A DNA stretch of 64,000 bases, from NCBI GenBank assembly GCA_902768795.1, contig CACXMS010000005.1, positions 18,492 through 82,491 on the forward strand. Direction: 5' to 3'. The notes under the pieces are model-generated. The model was not told the DNA's origin and made no database searches. It saw nothing but the letters and a program-made list of their open reading frames with translations. The DNA comes from an uncultured Eubacteriales bacterium. GTDB lineage: Bacteria; Bacillota; Clostridia; Christensenellales; CAG-138. A program made the translations under genes and the position numbers. Shown here piece after piece: positions 55,650 to 64,000 of the stretch (positions within the stretch are counted from its first letter, which is position 1; each line of letters begins with the position of its first letter).

Positions 55650-57131
55650 ATGAAAAGATGGATACTCGGAATCTGCATCCTGCTTTGCGTTCTGCTCTGG
55701 TGCGTTCCCGCGGCGGCGGAGGAAGCCGCGGCGGAGGATTATACGCGCTCGTGCAGGATCGTGATCGGTGACGGAAAAGAAAAAACGACAAAACTGCTCG
55801 ATAAGAACGTGGACTCGGCATTGAAGATCGCCGCCGGAACGACGGTCTCGGTCAGCTGGGACGACAAGGTGAAGGCCGACCGGCTCTGTCTGCAATGGAA
55901 GGAGCTGCGGGAAGGGATCACGGTGACGGAATTCGACGCCGAAGGAACGGAGCTTGGGACTTCCGTTTTGCCGATGCTGCCCGAAAACATCTGCCCGCTT
56001 GCGGAGCAGACGCGATCGGTCGTGATCAGCGGCGGCGAGAGCGAAATGCTGCTTTCCTGCGTGCGCGTATACGGCGCGGGCGAATTGCCGGATCCGTTCC
56101 ACGAATGGATCGAAACGCCGAAGAACCTGGATTATCTGCTGATTTCGACGCATCCGGACGACGATGTGCTGTTCATGGGTTCGGTCATTCCGATCTACGG
56201 CGCGGAGCGCGGCTATACGGGAACCATCGCTTATGTGACTTGCGGAAAGCGCGTCCGCATGTCCGAGGCGCAGAACGGCGCCTGGGCGATGGGGCTTCGG
56301 TACCGCCCGCTCTTCTGGGGGTTCCCCGACGTCGGAATGGATGCGGATAAGAAGCGCAAGGCGACGTTTGTCTACGACGAGGTTTTATTGAAGACGGTGC
56401 AGACGTACCGCGAATACCGCCCGCTCGTCGTTTTCGCGCAGGATGAGAACGGCGAGTACGGACACTGGCAGCATGTTCTGACGTCGAAGGCCGCGGTCGA
56501 AGCGTTTACGCTTGCGGCCGATCCTTCGTACGATCCGGCGTCCGCCGAGGCGTTCGGGATCTGGCAGGTGCAGAAACTGTATCTGCATCTGTACCGGGAA
56601 AACGAAATCATTCTCCCGCCGAACGAGCCGCTTTCCGCGTTCGACGGCAAGACGGCGTGGCAGGTTGCCAAGATCGCCTATCAGAAGCATGAATCGCAGC
56701 AGCATCTCGGGTTCAAGGTGCATCGTTACGGCGACGCGCGCAATCCGTTCAACCAGTTCGGCATGATTCTCGGCGCTGTAAAAGCGGGGAACGACATCTT
56801 CGCAAACATCGGGGACTCTCTGCTTGCGGCGAACGTAACGCCGACGCCCTCGCCGACCCCCGAGCCGACGCTGACGCCGGAGCCGACGCCGACGATAGCG
56901 CCTACGCCGGAGCCGACGCCGACGACGGAACCGACGCCCTCGCCCACGCCAACCGCTCCGCCTGCGGAGCCGACCGTGACGGAAACGCCCGTCGAAACGG
57001 CCGGGCCGGAAGCGGCGAAAGAATTCCGGTTCCCGGCATGGGGACTGTTTGCGATCGCCGGCGTACTGGCGATCGGCGCGGGAATTCTGATCGCGGCGGG
57101 CCTTCGCGGAAGAAAGAAACAGGGGCAATAA
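55650..57131 (+). CDS. Surface-tethered PIG-L/LmbE-family deacetylase, paralog 1
   Basis: Signal peptide. Beta-rich N-domain. STHPDDDVLFMG plus GEYGHWQH zinc motifs. PTPSPTPEPT linker. C-terminal TM plus RGRKKQ. Confidence 0.75.
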   Translation: MKRWILGICILLCVLLWCVPAAAEEAAAEDYTRSCRIVIGDGKEKTTKLLDKNVDSALKIAAGTTVSVSWDDKVKADRLCLQWKELREGITVTEFDAEGTELGTSVLPMLPENICPLAEQTRSVVISGGESEMLLSCVRVYGAGELPDPFHEWIETPKNLDYLLISTHPDDDVLFMGSVIPIYGAERGYTGTIAYVTCGKRVRMSEAQNGAWAMGLRYRPLFWGFPDVGMDADKKRKATFVYDEVLLKTVQTYREYRPLVVFAQDENGEYGHWQHVLTSKAAVEAFTLAADPSYDPASAEAFGIWQVQKLYLHLYRENEIILPPNEPLSAFDGKTAWQVAKIAYQKHESQQHLGFKVHRYGDARNPFNQFGMILGAVKAGNDIFANIGDSLLAANVTPTPSPTPEPTLTPEPTPTIAPTPEPTPTTEPTPSPTPTAPPAEPTVTETPVETAGPEAAKEFRFPAWGLFAIAGVLAIGAGILIAAGLRGRKKQGQ

Positions 57132-57134
57132 AAA

Positions 57135-58619
57135 ATGAGAAGAGGATGGAGAGGCATTCTGCTCATCATTTTGGGTATATTGCTGCTGCCGACGGCGGCG
57201 CTTTCGGAGAAGGAGGACGGCGACGCGCAGGAGATCACGCGAATGTGTTCCGTGACGGCGCCGGGGCATCCAGACCTGAGGTCGGTGATCCTGGATCCGT
57301 GGCTGGAGGGCGCGGAGCGGTTCACAAAAGCGGAACCGGTCAAAATCACATGGGATCCCGAGGCCTATGCGCCGCGGACCCTGTGCGTTCAGTGGGAACG
57401 CCTTCCGGACGGCATAACGCTTCGGCAGACAGACGCCGACGGCGCTGTGCTTATGGAGGAACCGGTCGCCCACAGGCACGACTTTGCGGCCGAGCTGCTG
57501 CCGGAAGCGGTCCGGGCGGATCTGATTCCGGGAGAATCCGGGATGGCGATCGACCGGATTGCGATCTATGAGGAAGGAACGATTCCGCAAAAGTACCTGC
57601 TTTCGTGGAAGGATACGCCAAAGAAGCTCGATTACCTGATCATTGCCACGCATCCGGACGACGACGTTCTGTTCATGGGAACGGTCCATCCGGTTTACGG
57701 CGCGGAGCGCGGCTACCTGGGGACGACGGCTTTTGTCACGACGCCGAACCGGGAACGGCTTTCCGAGGCGCTTGCGGGCGTCCGGGCGGACGGGTGTGAG
57801 AATTATCCGATCTTTTTGGGGTATCCCGACGTTCCGCAGACGAAGCGCGCCGAGCAGGAATCCCGGTTTCCGAGCGCCGAGGTGACGCGGTCGATCGTTC
57901 GCACGCTGCGGCAATACCGTCCGCTCGTCGTGTTTACCCAGGATTTCATGGGCGAATACGGACATTGGCAGCACCGGACGGTGGCAAATGCGGTTCAGAA
58001 AGCCATTCGGCTTGCGGCGGACCCGACCTATGACCGAAAGTCCGAGGAAGCGTTCGGAACCTGGCAGGTGCAGAAATGCTACGTGCATCTCGCCGGGGAG
58101 AATCCGATTGTGCTCGATATGGATACGCCGCTCGATTCCATGGACGGAAGGACGGCGTACGAGGTTGCCGTAAGCGCGTTCGAGGAGCACCGTTCGCAGC
58201 AAAGCGGGCGGCATTGGGTGCAGAGCGAAACGGACGAGTATGCGTCGAACCGGTTCGGCATGGTTTTCGGAACCGTGGAAGCCGGGGAGGATGTGTTCGA
58301 CAACATTGACGAAACGCAGCTTTCCTTCTACATTCCGCCGACGCCTTCCCCGACGGAAGAGCCGACGCCAACGCCGGAACCGACGCCGACGCCGGAACCG
58401 ACGGAGGAACCGACGGCTTCTCCAGCGCCCGTACAGGTTGAGACCCGAACCGTTTCCCCGGCGCCGACCGAAGCGTCCGCGACGGAAGCGCCGTCGCCCG
58501 TTCCGACCGCCGTGCCCGCGGCGGGGAACACACGGACAATCTGGTTCCTTCTCGGCGGCGGGGCGCTGTTGCTTGTTCTGCTGACGGGCATGATTTTGCT
58601 GCTGAAACGAAAACACTGA
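57135..58619 (+). CDS. Surface-tethered PIG-L/LmbE-family deacetylase, paralog 2
   Basis: Same architecture as paralog 1: ATHPDDDVLFMG, GEYGHWQH, PT linker, C-terminal TM. Starts 3 nt after paralog 1. Confidence 0.75.
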   Translation: MRRGWRGILLIILGILLLPTAALSEKEDGDAQEITRMCSVTAPGHPDLRSVILDPWLEGAERFTKAEPVKITWDPEAYAPRTLCVQWERLPDGITLRQTDADGAVLMEEPVAHRHDFAAELLPEAVRADLIPGESGMAIDRIAIYEEGTIPQKYLLSWKDTPKKLDYLIIATHPDDDVLFMGTVHPVYGAERGYLGTTAFVTTPNRERLSEALAGVRADGCENYPIFLGYPDVPQTKRAEQESRFPSAEVTRSIVRTLRQYRPLVVFTQDFMGEYGHWQHRTVANAVQKAIRLAADPTYDRKSEEAFGTWQVQKCYVHLAGENPIVLDMDTPLDSMDGRTAYEVAVSAFEEHRSQQSGRHWVQSETDEYASNRFGMVFGTVEAGEDVFDNIDETQLSFYIPPTPSPTEEPTPTPEPTPTPEPTEEPTASPAPVQVETRTVSPAPTEASATEAPSPVPTAVPAAGNTRTIWFLLGGGALLLVLLTGMILLLKRKH

Positions 58620-58658
58620 CGGGAATTCCGGATCAATCGGATCGGAAAGGATATCAAT

Positions 58659-59603
58659 ATGAAACGCCGCTGCATTCCGCTGCTTCTTTGTCTGCTGCTA
58701 TTGCTGCCGACCTGGTCTTTTGCGGAAATTCCGGACGAAAAATTCACCTCCGAAGAGGTTTATTCGGCGGATTACGATCAGGGCGTCTGGTCGTACAGCA
58801 ACGAGGAACTGGCCATCGAAATCAAACGCTATCATTCGACGACGATCGCTCCCGACAAGAAACCGAAGGAGCAGCCGCTCGTCTACTATGTCGCGCACAT
58901 CTACGAACGCGGGATCAACAGCTTCCGTTCGGGCTTCGGCAACCGGAAGAATCCGAACCAGCTCGTCCCGCCGACGTTCCTTGCGCGGCAGGAACGCGCG
59001 GTCCTGGCGATCACCGGCGACAACGTGACGCAGCAGGAAGCGCACATGAAGGGCGCGATCATCCGTCAGGGCAAGGTGTATAACCGCTGGAACGGCGAGG
59101 CGCTCTTTGCGATGAAGGACGACCTTACCATGCAAATCTTCCTCGCGGGCGAGGCGACGGCGGAGGATCTGCTGGAAATGGGAATCCGCGAAACGTTCTC
59201 GTTCGGCCCGTGGCTGATCAAGGACGGCGTTCCGAACCCGGATGTGGCCAAATTCCGGGTGAATCGCGTGAATCCGCGCGTCGGCGTCGGCATGGTCGAG
59301 CCGGGGCATTTCGTCGTAATCGTTGTGGACGGCCGGCAAAACGGCTACAGCGAGGGACTGAACCTCGAACCGTTCCGCGATCTGTTCGTCGCCGAGGGAT
59401 GCGTTCAGGCGTACAACCTGGACGGCGGGTGCTCGGCGGGAATCGTGTTCATGGGCGAGCTTCTGAATCTGCACGACGGCACGCCGGGCGCGGCGGATTA
59501 TCAGCGCCCGTGGCCGGACGCTCTGATGTGGGGCTACTCCGAGTCGGTTCCGACGACAAAGGACAAGGTTTATCACGACGGAAACAGGAGGGCGAGAAGA
59601 TGA
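58659..59603 (+). CDS. Phosphodiester glycosidase family protein (DUF2233/NAGPA-like), secreted
   Basis: Signal peptide LLLLPTWSFA. AITGDN..., RVGVGMVEPGHFVVIVVDGRQ..., AYNLDGGCSA blocks typical of the family. Confidence 0.7.
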   Translation: MKRRCIPLLLCLLLLLPTWSFAEIPDEKFTSEEVYSADYDQGVWSYSNEELAIEIKRYHSTTIAPDKKPKEQPLVYYVAHIYERGINSFRSGFGNRKNPNQLVPPTFLARQERAVLAITGDNVTQQEAHMKGAIIRQGKVYNRWNGEALFAMKDDLTMQIFLAGEATAEDLLEMGIRETFSFGPWLIKDGVPNPDVAKFRVNRVNPRVGVGMVEPGHFVVIVVDGRQNGYSEGLNLEPFRDLFVAEGCVQAYNLDGGCSAGIVFMGELLNLHDGTPGAADYQRPWPDALMWGYSESVPTTKDKVYHDGNRRARR

Positions 59604-60886
59604 AGCCGATTCGAATGCTTGCGGCGATCCTTGCGCTGCTGCTGCTTCCGGCGGCTGCCCTTGCGGAGGAGTACGCCGTACCCGAGGCAAAGAAGGGCCG
59701 CGAGGCGTTCCTGCATGACGGAAACGAGAAAACCTACCTGACCGCCTATTCGCCCGAGGGGTTCACGCTGTCGGATCTTAGCGCCGAAACCAGGGGCGTC
59801 ATGCTCGCGTGGTTTACCGTCCCCGACCGGTGCGAGGCGCAGCTTCTGGATGAAACGGGGAAGGTCGTTCTGACCCGGACTCTGACGGGCGGCTCGCTGC
59901 ATCAGTATTTGCCGACGGACGGCGCGGCGGGCGTTCGGCTTACGGGATCGAAGCTCGAGCTTGCCGAGTTTTGCGCCGTGACCGATCCGGACGCGCTGCC
60001 GTTTACGGCGAACGATACCCCCTGCGACGCGCTGCTGCTTCTGACGCATGTCGGCGACGAGTCGCTCGCGGCCGCGCCGGCGCTGAAGGTGCTGACCGAT
60101 CACGGGCTGACCGTGCAGATCGTCTATCTGTATGAGGAACAGCGGGATCGCATGGGCGAAGCGATTGAAACGCTGCGCGCTTTCGGGATTTCGCGGGATC
60201 CGGTGTTCCTCGGCTGGAGCGCTCCGGCGGAGGATACGAAGGCGGCCGCAAACCGCGGATACAACCCCAAGGAAGCGAAACAGACGATGCAGACGCTGTG
60301 CGATACGTACCGTCCCAAAATCTGGATCACCGACGGGCTCGGCGCGGGAGAAGTGCTGGAGAACCGTTTTTCGGAGATTACGCCCAGGGTCGAAAAGCAT
60401 TATGTGCTTTCCGAAAAGGGATCGATTGTGCTGCAGCTTTCCGAGGACGAAGCCGCGCTCTGGAACGCGGCGTACCGCCTGCAGGAATCGCAGCGTCTGT
60501 TCCGGAAAACGGTTGCGACGGAAGCACGGCTGCAGCTGCTCAGCAAAGACCGCCCGGAAGCGCTGCTGGACGGCTTTTCGGCGGACGCGTTTTTAACCTA
60601 CGCAACGCCGACGCCGGTTCCGACCGAAACGCCCACGCCTGCGCCGACCGAAACGCCTGCGCCGATCGAAGCGGCGCCGTCCGCCAAAACGCAGGAGAAA
60701 CGTTCGGATCCTTCCGGAGAAACGGGATCCGAGGCGACGCCGACGCCGACCGAAGCGCCAAAAAAGACGACGGAGGCGGAGGAGACCGGTCCCCGCTGGG
60801 GCGCGGTGACGATCATCGGCGCGATCGTCGCGGCGGGCGCGGCGATCTGGATGCGCTGGAGAGCCAGGCAAAGGTACACGAAATAA
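59600..60886 (+). CDS. PIG-L/LmbE-like paralog 3 with degenerate catalytic motifs (predicted pseudo-enzyme), surface-tethered
   Basis: Same architecture as paralogs 1 and 2, but THVGDES replaces HPDDD and there is no HxxH. ATGA overlap with the upstream gene. Confidence 0.6.
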   Translation: MKPIRMLAAILALLLLPAAALAEEYAVPEAKKGREAFLHDGNEKTYLTAYSPEGFTLSDLSAETRGVMLAWFTVPDRCEAQLLDETGKVVLTRTLTGGSLHQYLPTDGAAGVRLTGSKLELAEFCAVTDPDALPFTANDTPCDALLLLTHVGDESLAAAPALKVLTDHGLTVQIVYLYEEQRDRMGEAIETLRAFGISRDPVFLGWSAPAEDTKAAANRGYNPKEAKQTMQTLCDTYRPKIWITDGLGAGEVLENRFSEITPRVEKHYVLSEKGSIVLQLSEDEAALWNAAYRLQESQRLFRKTVATEARLQLLSKDRPEALLDGFSADAFLTYATPTPVPTETPTPAPTETPAPIEAAPSAKTQEKRSDPSGETGSEATPTPTEAPKKTTEAEETGPRWGAVTIIGAIVAAGAAIWMRWRARQRYTK

Positions 60887-60946
60887 AACGGTCCGGCACG
60901 GAGCCGGATCGGACGGAAAAAGAAGGAGCGGGTACGGGGGATTCCG

Positions 60947-61654
60947 ATGAACATTTATCTTGCGATTACACTATTCACGTTTACGATCATTGTTTACGGC
61001 GCGATTGCCGAACTGTTCACCATGCTGTTCCGCTTTCAGGGACTGCCCGATGAGAAAGCGCGGTTTCAGGTCATTTCGCTTCTGACGGGCTGCGGCTTTA
61101 CGACGCATGAGAGCGAGATGTTTCTGACCTCGCGCTCGCGGCGCACCCTGGCCCGGTACACGATGCTGTTCGGCTACGTGTTCAACATCACGATCGTATC
61201 CGCGTTTATCAACGTTTTCTTTTCCCTGAAGATTTCAGAGATCCTTTCGGACATCATCGGTATTCTGATTCCGGTGATGATCATCGTGCTGCTCATGGTG
61301 CTGTTTCGGATTCCTTCGGTGCGCGCGGGGACGCAGCGGCTGTTTGAGCGGCTCGCGGGAAGATTTCTCAAGAAAAAAACGGATAACAGGGTTTTGCTGC
61401 TGGATTATATCGGCGAAGAAACAATCGCGCAGGTTACGCTGAACCGGATTCCGGAGGCCTTTGCGGGGAAGCCGCTTTCCGAAACGGGCATCAAAACGGA
61501 AAACAATATTCTCGTGATGCTGGTCGACCGCGGAAAGGCGGAACCCGCAACGGCGCAGACCGTATTTCAGACCGGCGATAAACTGACGGTTTTCGGAAAT
61601 TATGCCATCATCTGCAAGGCCTTTGAGGCAGAGGAACAGTTTGATAAAGAATAA
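60947..61654 (+). CDS. Membrane protein with M1-pore-loop-M2-like N-terminus and C-terminal TrkA-C (RCK_C) domain
   Basis: TM1 ITLFTFTIIVYGAIAELF. Loop LLTGCGFTT. TM2 and TM3. C-terminal beta-rich segment GKPLSETGIKTENNILVMLVDRG...GDKLTVFG. Confidence 0.55.
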   Translation: MNIYLAITLFTFTIIVYGAIAELFTMLFRFQGLPDEKARFQVISLLTGCGFTTHESEMFLTSRSRRTLARYTMLFGYVFNITIVSAFINVFFSLKISEILSDIIGILIPVMIIVLLMVLFRIPSVRAGTQRLFERLAGRFLKKKTDNRVLLLDYIGEETIAQVTLNRIPEAFAGKPLSETGIKTENNILVMLVDRGKAEPATAQTVFQTGDKLTVFGNYAIICKAFEAEEQFDKE

Positions 61655-61660
61655 AATTTG

Positions 61661-61697
61661 TCTGAGCCGGGCGGAACGCTTTTCTGCCCGGCTCAGA
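61661..61697 (+). terminator. Intrinsic terminator
   Basis: tctgagccgggc...gcccggctcaga 12-bp stem. Confidence 0.55.
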
Positions 61698-61734
61698 CGC
61701 AGTTTTTGGCCGTCAACCGATTCACGTCTCTCGG

Positions 61735-61763
61735 TTGCTTTTTTTCTCGCACAATGCTATAAT
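61735..61763 (+). promoter_or_regulatory. Putative promoter of the MBOAT-DHHW pair
   Basis: TTGCTT, 17 nt spacer, TATAAT. Confidence 0.5.
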
Positions 61764-61792
61764 AAAACGAATATCGCCGAAGGATGGCTTGC

Positions 61793-63226
61793 ATGGTCTT
61801 TTCGAGCACGACATTTCTGTTCCTGTTCCTTCCGGCGCTGTTGCTGCTCTATTTTATCGGAAAGGATATCCGATGGCGCAACGGCGTTCTTTTGGCGTTC
61901 TCGATCCTGTTCTACAGCGTCGGAGAACCGGTCTGGGTGTTCGGAATGGTCGTCGTCACGCTCGTCAACTGGTGGCTCGCGCTCGTCATTTCCCGCAAGA
62001 AAAACAAGCGCCTCAAAAAGATCCTGCTCGCCGTCGCGGTCGTCGTTTCGCTCGTACTGCTCGTCTGGTTCAAGTATTCCGCGTTTGTCGTGAACACGTT
62101 TGCGGGGCTGTTCGGCGCTTCGTGGCGCATGCCCGAGCAGCATCTGCCGATCGGCATTTCGTTCTATACGTTCCAGGTTCTGACCTATACGGTCGACGTG
62201 TACCGCAAAAAGGCGAAGCCGCAAAGGAACCCGGCCTACGCGCTTCTGTACATCTCATGCTTCCCGCAGCTGATCGCCGGCCCGATCGTACAGTATGCCG
62301 ACGTCGCGGACGCGATCACCGACCGCAAGACCACGCCGACGGGATTCTATACCGGCATGCGCCGCTTTGCCGTCGGACTGGCCAAGAAGATCCTGCTGGC
62401 AAACCTCTGCGGGGAAATGCTCGAGGCGACGCAGCTCGCGGGCAAGGGGGCGGAGGTCAGCTTCCTCGGCGCGTGGCTGTCCGCCGCGCTGTATGCGATG
62501 CAGCTGTATTTTGATTTTTCCGCGTACTCGGATATGGCGATCGGGCTCGGGCGAGTGTTCGGCTTCCGCTATAAGGAGAACTTCGATTATCCGTATATCT
62601 CCGCGTCGATCTCGGAATTCTGGCGCCGGTGGCACATGTCGCTGTCCGGCTTTTTCCGCGATTACGTCTATATCCCGCTCGGCGGCAACCGCAAGGGGAC
62701 GCTTCGCACGATTCTGAATCTTGCGGTCGTGTGGGCGCTGACCGGTCTGTGGCACGGCGCAAGCTGGAACTTCGTGCTGTGGGGCGTGTACTACTTCGCG
62801 CTGCAGGCGATCGAGCGGTTCGCGCTGAAAAACGCGCTGGAGCGCATGCCGAAGGCGCTGCGGCACGTGCTGACGATGCTGCTCGTTCTGATCGGCTGGG
62901 TGCTGTTCTATTATACCGACTTTCCGGCGCTGTCGCAGCATGTTCTGGCGATGTTCGGCCTTTCGTCGTCGAACGGCCTGCATCTTGCGCCGCTGTGGGA
63001 CGACAAACTGGTGTCCGCTTTGCAGACGTACACCGTGCTGCCGCTTCTGATGGCGGCGGCCTGTCTTCCGATCGTCCCGTGGCTGAAGACGTGGTTCGGA
63101 CAGAACGAGCGCCGCAAGCGCGTCGGCGACGTGCTCGGCACCGTCGCGGCGTCCGGCCTTCTGATTCTTTCGATCGTATTTTTGATCGGGCAAACGTATA
63201 ACCCGTTCATTTACTTCCGGTTCTGA
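61793..63226 (+). CDS. MBOAT-family O-acyltransferase (AlgI/DltB-like)
   Basis: ISFYTFQ, FWRRWHMSLS and WHGASW (conserved His) motifs. Polytopic. Confidence 0.85.
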   Translation: MVFSSTTFLFLFLPALLLLYFIGKDIRWRNGVLLAFSILFYSVGEPVWVFGMVVVTLVNWWLALVISRKKNKRLKKILLAVAVVVSLVLLVWFKYSAFVVNTFAGLFGASWRMPEQHLPIGISFYTFQVLTYTVDVYRKKAKPQRNPAYALLYISCFPQLIAGPIVQYADVADAITDRKTTPTGFYTGMRRFAVGLAKKILLANLCGEMLEATQLAGKGAEVSFLGAWLSAALYAMQLYFDFSAYSDMAIGLGRVFGFRYKENFDYPYISASISEFWRRWHMSLSGFFRDYVYIPLGGNRKGTLRTILNLAVVWALTGLWHGASWNFVLWGVYYFALQAIERFALKNALERMPKALRHVLTMLLVLIGWVLFYYTDFPALSQHVLAMFGLSSSNGLHLAPLWDDKLVSALQTYTVLPLLMAAACLPIVPWLKTWFGQNERRKRVGDVLGTVAASGLLILSIVFLIGQTYNPFIYFRF

Positions 63227-63234
63227 GGTGCGGT

Positions 63235-64000
63235 ATGGGACGTAAAATCTCCTTTCTTCTGGCCTATTGGTGGTGCATGCTCCTGCTTGTGCTGGGGCTG
63301 ATTCCGCTGTGCCTCGGCAACCGGGAAGGCGGCGTTTCCGAAACGGAAAACCGCAATCTGCAGGCCGCGCCGCAGTTTTCGCTTGCGGCATGGTTCGACG
63401 GCTCGTTTATGAGCGAGCTGGAAACGTATCTGTCCGATCAGATGCTCGGCCGCGACGGAATTCTGTCCGTTTCGCAGGGCATGCTCGACGTTTTTAACGT
63501 CACGAGCGAAAAGGATCGCATCGTGCACGCGGATATCGACGAGGAACTGGACGCGATGGCGAACGCCGGCGCGAAAACCGGTGTCGGAACGGACGCGGAG
63601 GAAACGCCTTCCGCCGGAACCGTTCTGAACGTTACGATCGTTGTGGAGGATACGCCGCTTCCCGAAAGCGCGCCGACCGTTCCGCCGACCGAAGCGCCGC
63701 TTGCGACCGAAGTTCCCGCCTCCGCCGCGCCGACTGCCGCCCCCGTGGATCCTTCGGTGAAGGACCTGTCGATCGTGCGGAAATTCGGCTTGATCCGCGT
63801 CGACGGTTCGTTTACGACACGGTTCAATTTCGGCGAGGACGCCATGAAGCGCACGATCGCTTCGCTGAACGCGTACCGTGCCGCGCTTCCGGAGGACGGC
63901 AGCGTGATCTTTACCTATATTCCGTATTCGTATGACGCGAACGAATGGCTGCTCGACACCGATCATTTTTCGGGCTGGCGGAGTGACGTTGAACCGACGC
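63235..64000 (+). CDS. DHHW-family (AlgX/AlgJ-like SGNH) protein, 3' partial
   Basis: Not in the ORF track. I translated frame 1 from the ATG at 63235 with no stop to the window end: MGRKISFLLAYWW... with TM, SETENRNL...W.DGSF...E.YLSDQ motif and PT-rich insert. Typical partner of AlgI in Clostridia. Confidence 0.65.
   Translation, partial: MGRKISFLLAYWWCMLLLVLGLIPLCLGNREGGVSETENRNLQAAPQFSLAAWFDGSFMSELETYLSDQMLGRDGILSVSQGMLDVFNVTSEKDRIVHADIDEELDAMANAGAKTGVGTDAEETPSAGTVLNVTIVVEDTPLPESAPTVPPTEAPLATEVPASAAPTAAPVDPSVKDLSIVRKFGLIRVDGSFTTRFNFGEDAMKRTIASLNAYRAALPEDGSVIFTYIPYSYDANEWLLDTDHFSGWRSDVEPT

Overview
This is a high-GC (about 60% by eye) chromosomal segment that looks like Clostridia, probably an Oscillospiraceae/Ruminococcaceae-type spore former. 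That guess rests on a SEDS RodA/SpoVE gene, an RsfA-like regulator, a Re-citrate synthase operon and an AlgI-DHHW pair. I call about 55 protein genes, 3 tRNAs (Gly-UCC, Leu-UAG, Val-CAC) and the unlisted 49-aa rpmG.

Gene content from start to end:
- A surface Ig-repeat protein (5' partial), pepF, and a low-GC islet holding an Avd-like four-helix-bundle gene beside two tRNAs.
- An orphan PLP enzyme, then rodA-GNAT.
- A Re-citrate synthase / GntR / aconitase / isocitrate dehydrogenase operon.
- asnS, a CnaB sortase substrate, and DUF1015-lysC.
- An atypically enlarged Opp-type ABC transporter.
- A PanT-CoaW fusion, trmO-WYL, and two beta-helix lipoproteins.
- feoAB, a lipoprotein serpin, rpmG-secE-nusG-rplK-rplA, and tldD/pmbA.
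- A cell-envelope cluster at 54-64 kb: CAT-like acetyltransferase, three surface-tethered LmbE/PIG-L paralogs plus a phosphodiester glycosidase, a channel-like RCK_C protein, and MBOAT-DHHW.

I saw no CRISPR array, transposase, integrase or recognisable defence genes.

The most interesting items:
1. The extracytoplasmic PIG-L/NAGPA operon, which includes a pseudo-enzyme paralog.
2. A roughly 210-bp structured intergenic repeat family. It has 4 copies or fragments, and two of them bracket the serpin gene.
3. The Opp system, which has large insertions in every component.
4. The PanT-CoaW transporter-kinase fusion.

All family calls come from motif recognition by eye. No database search was run.
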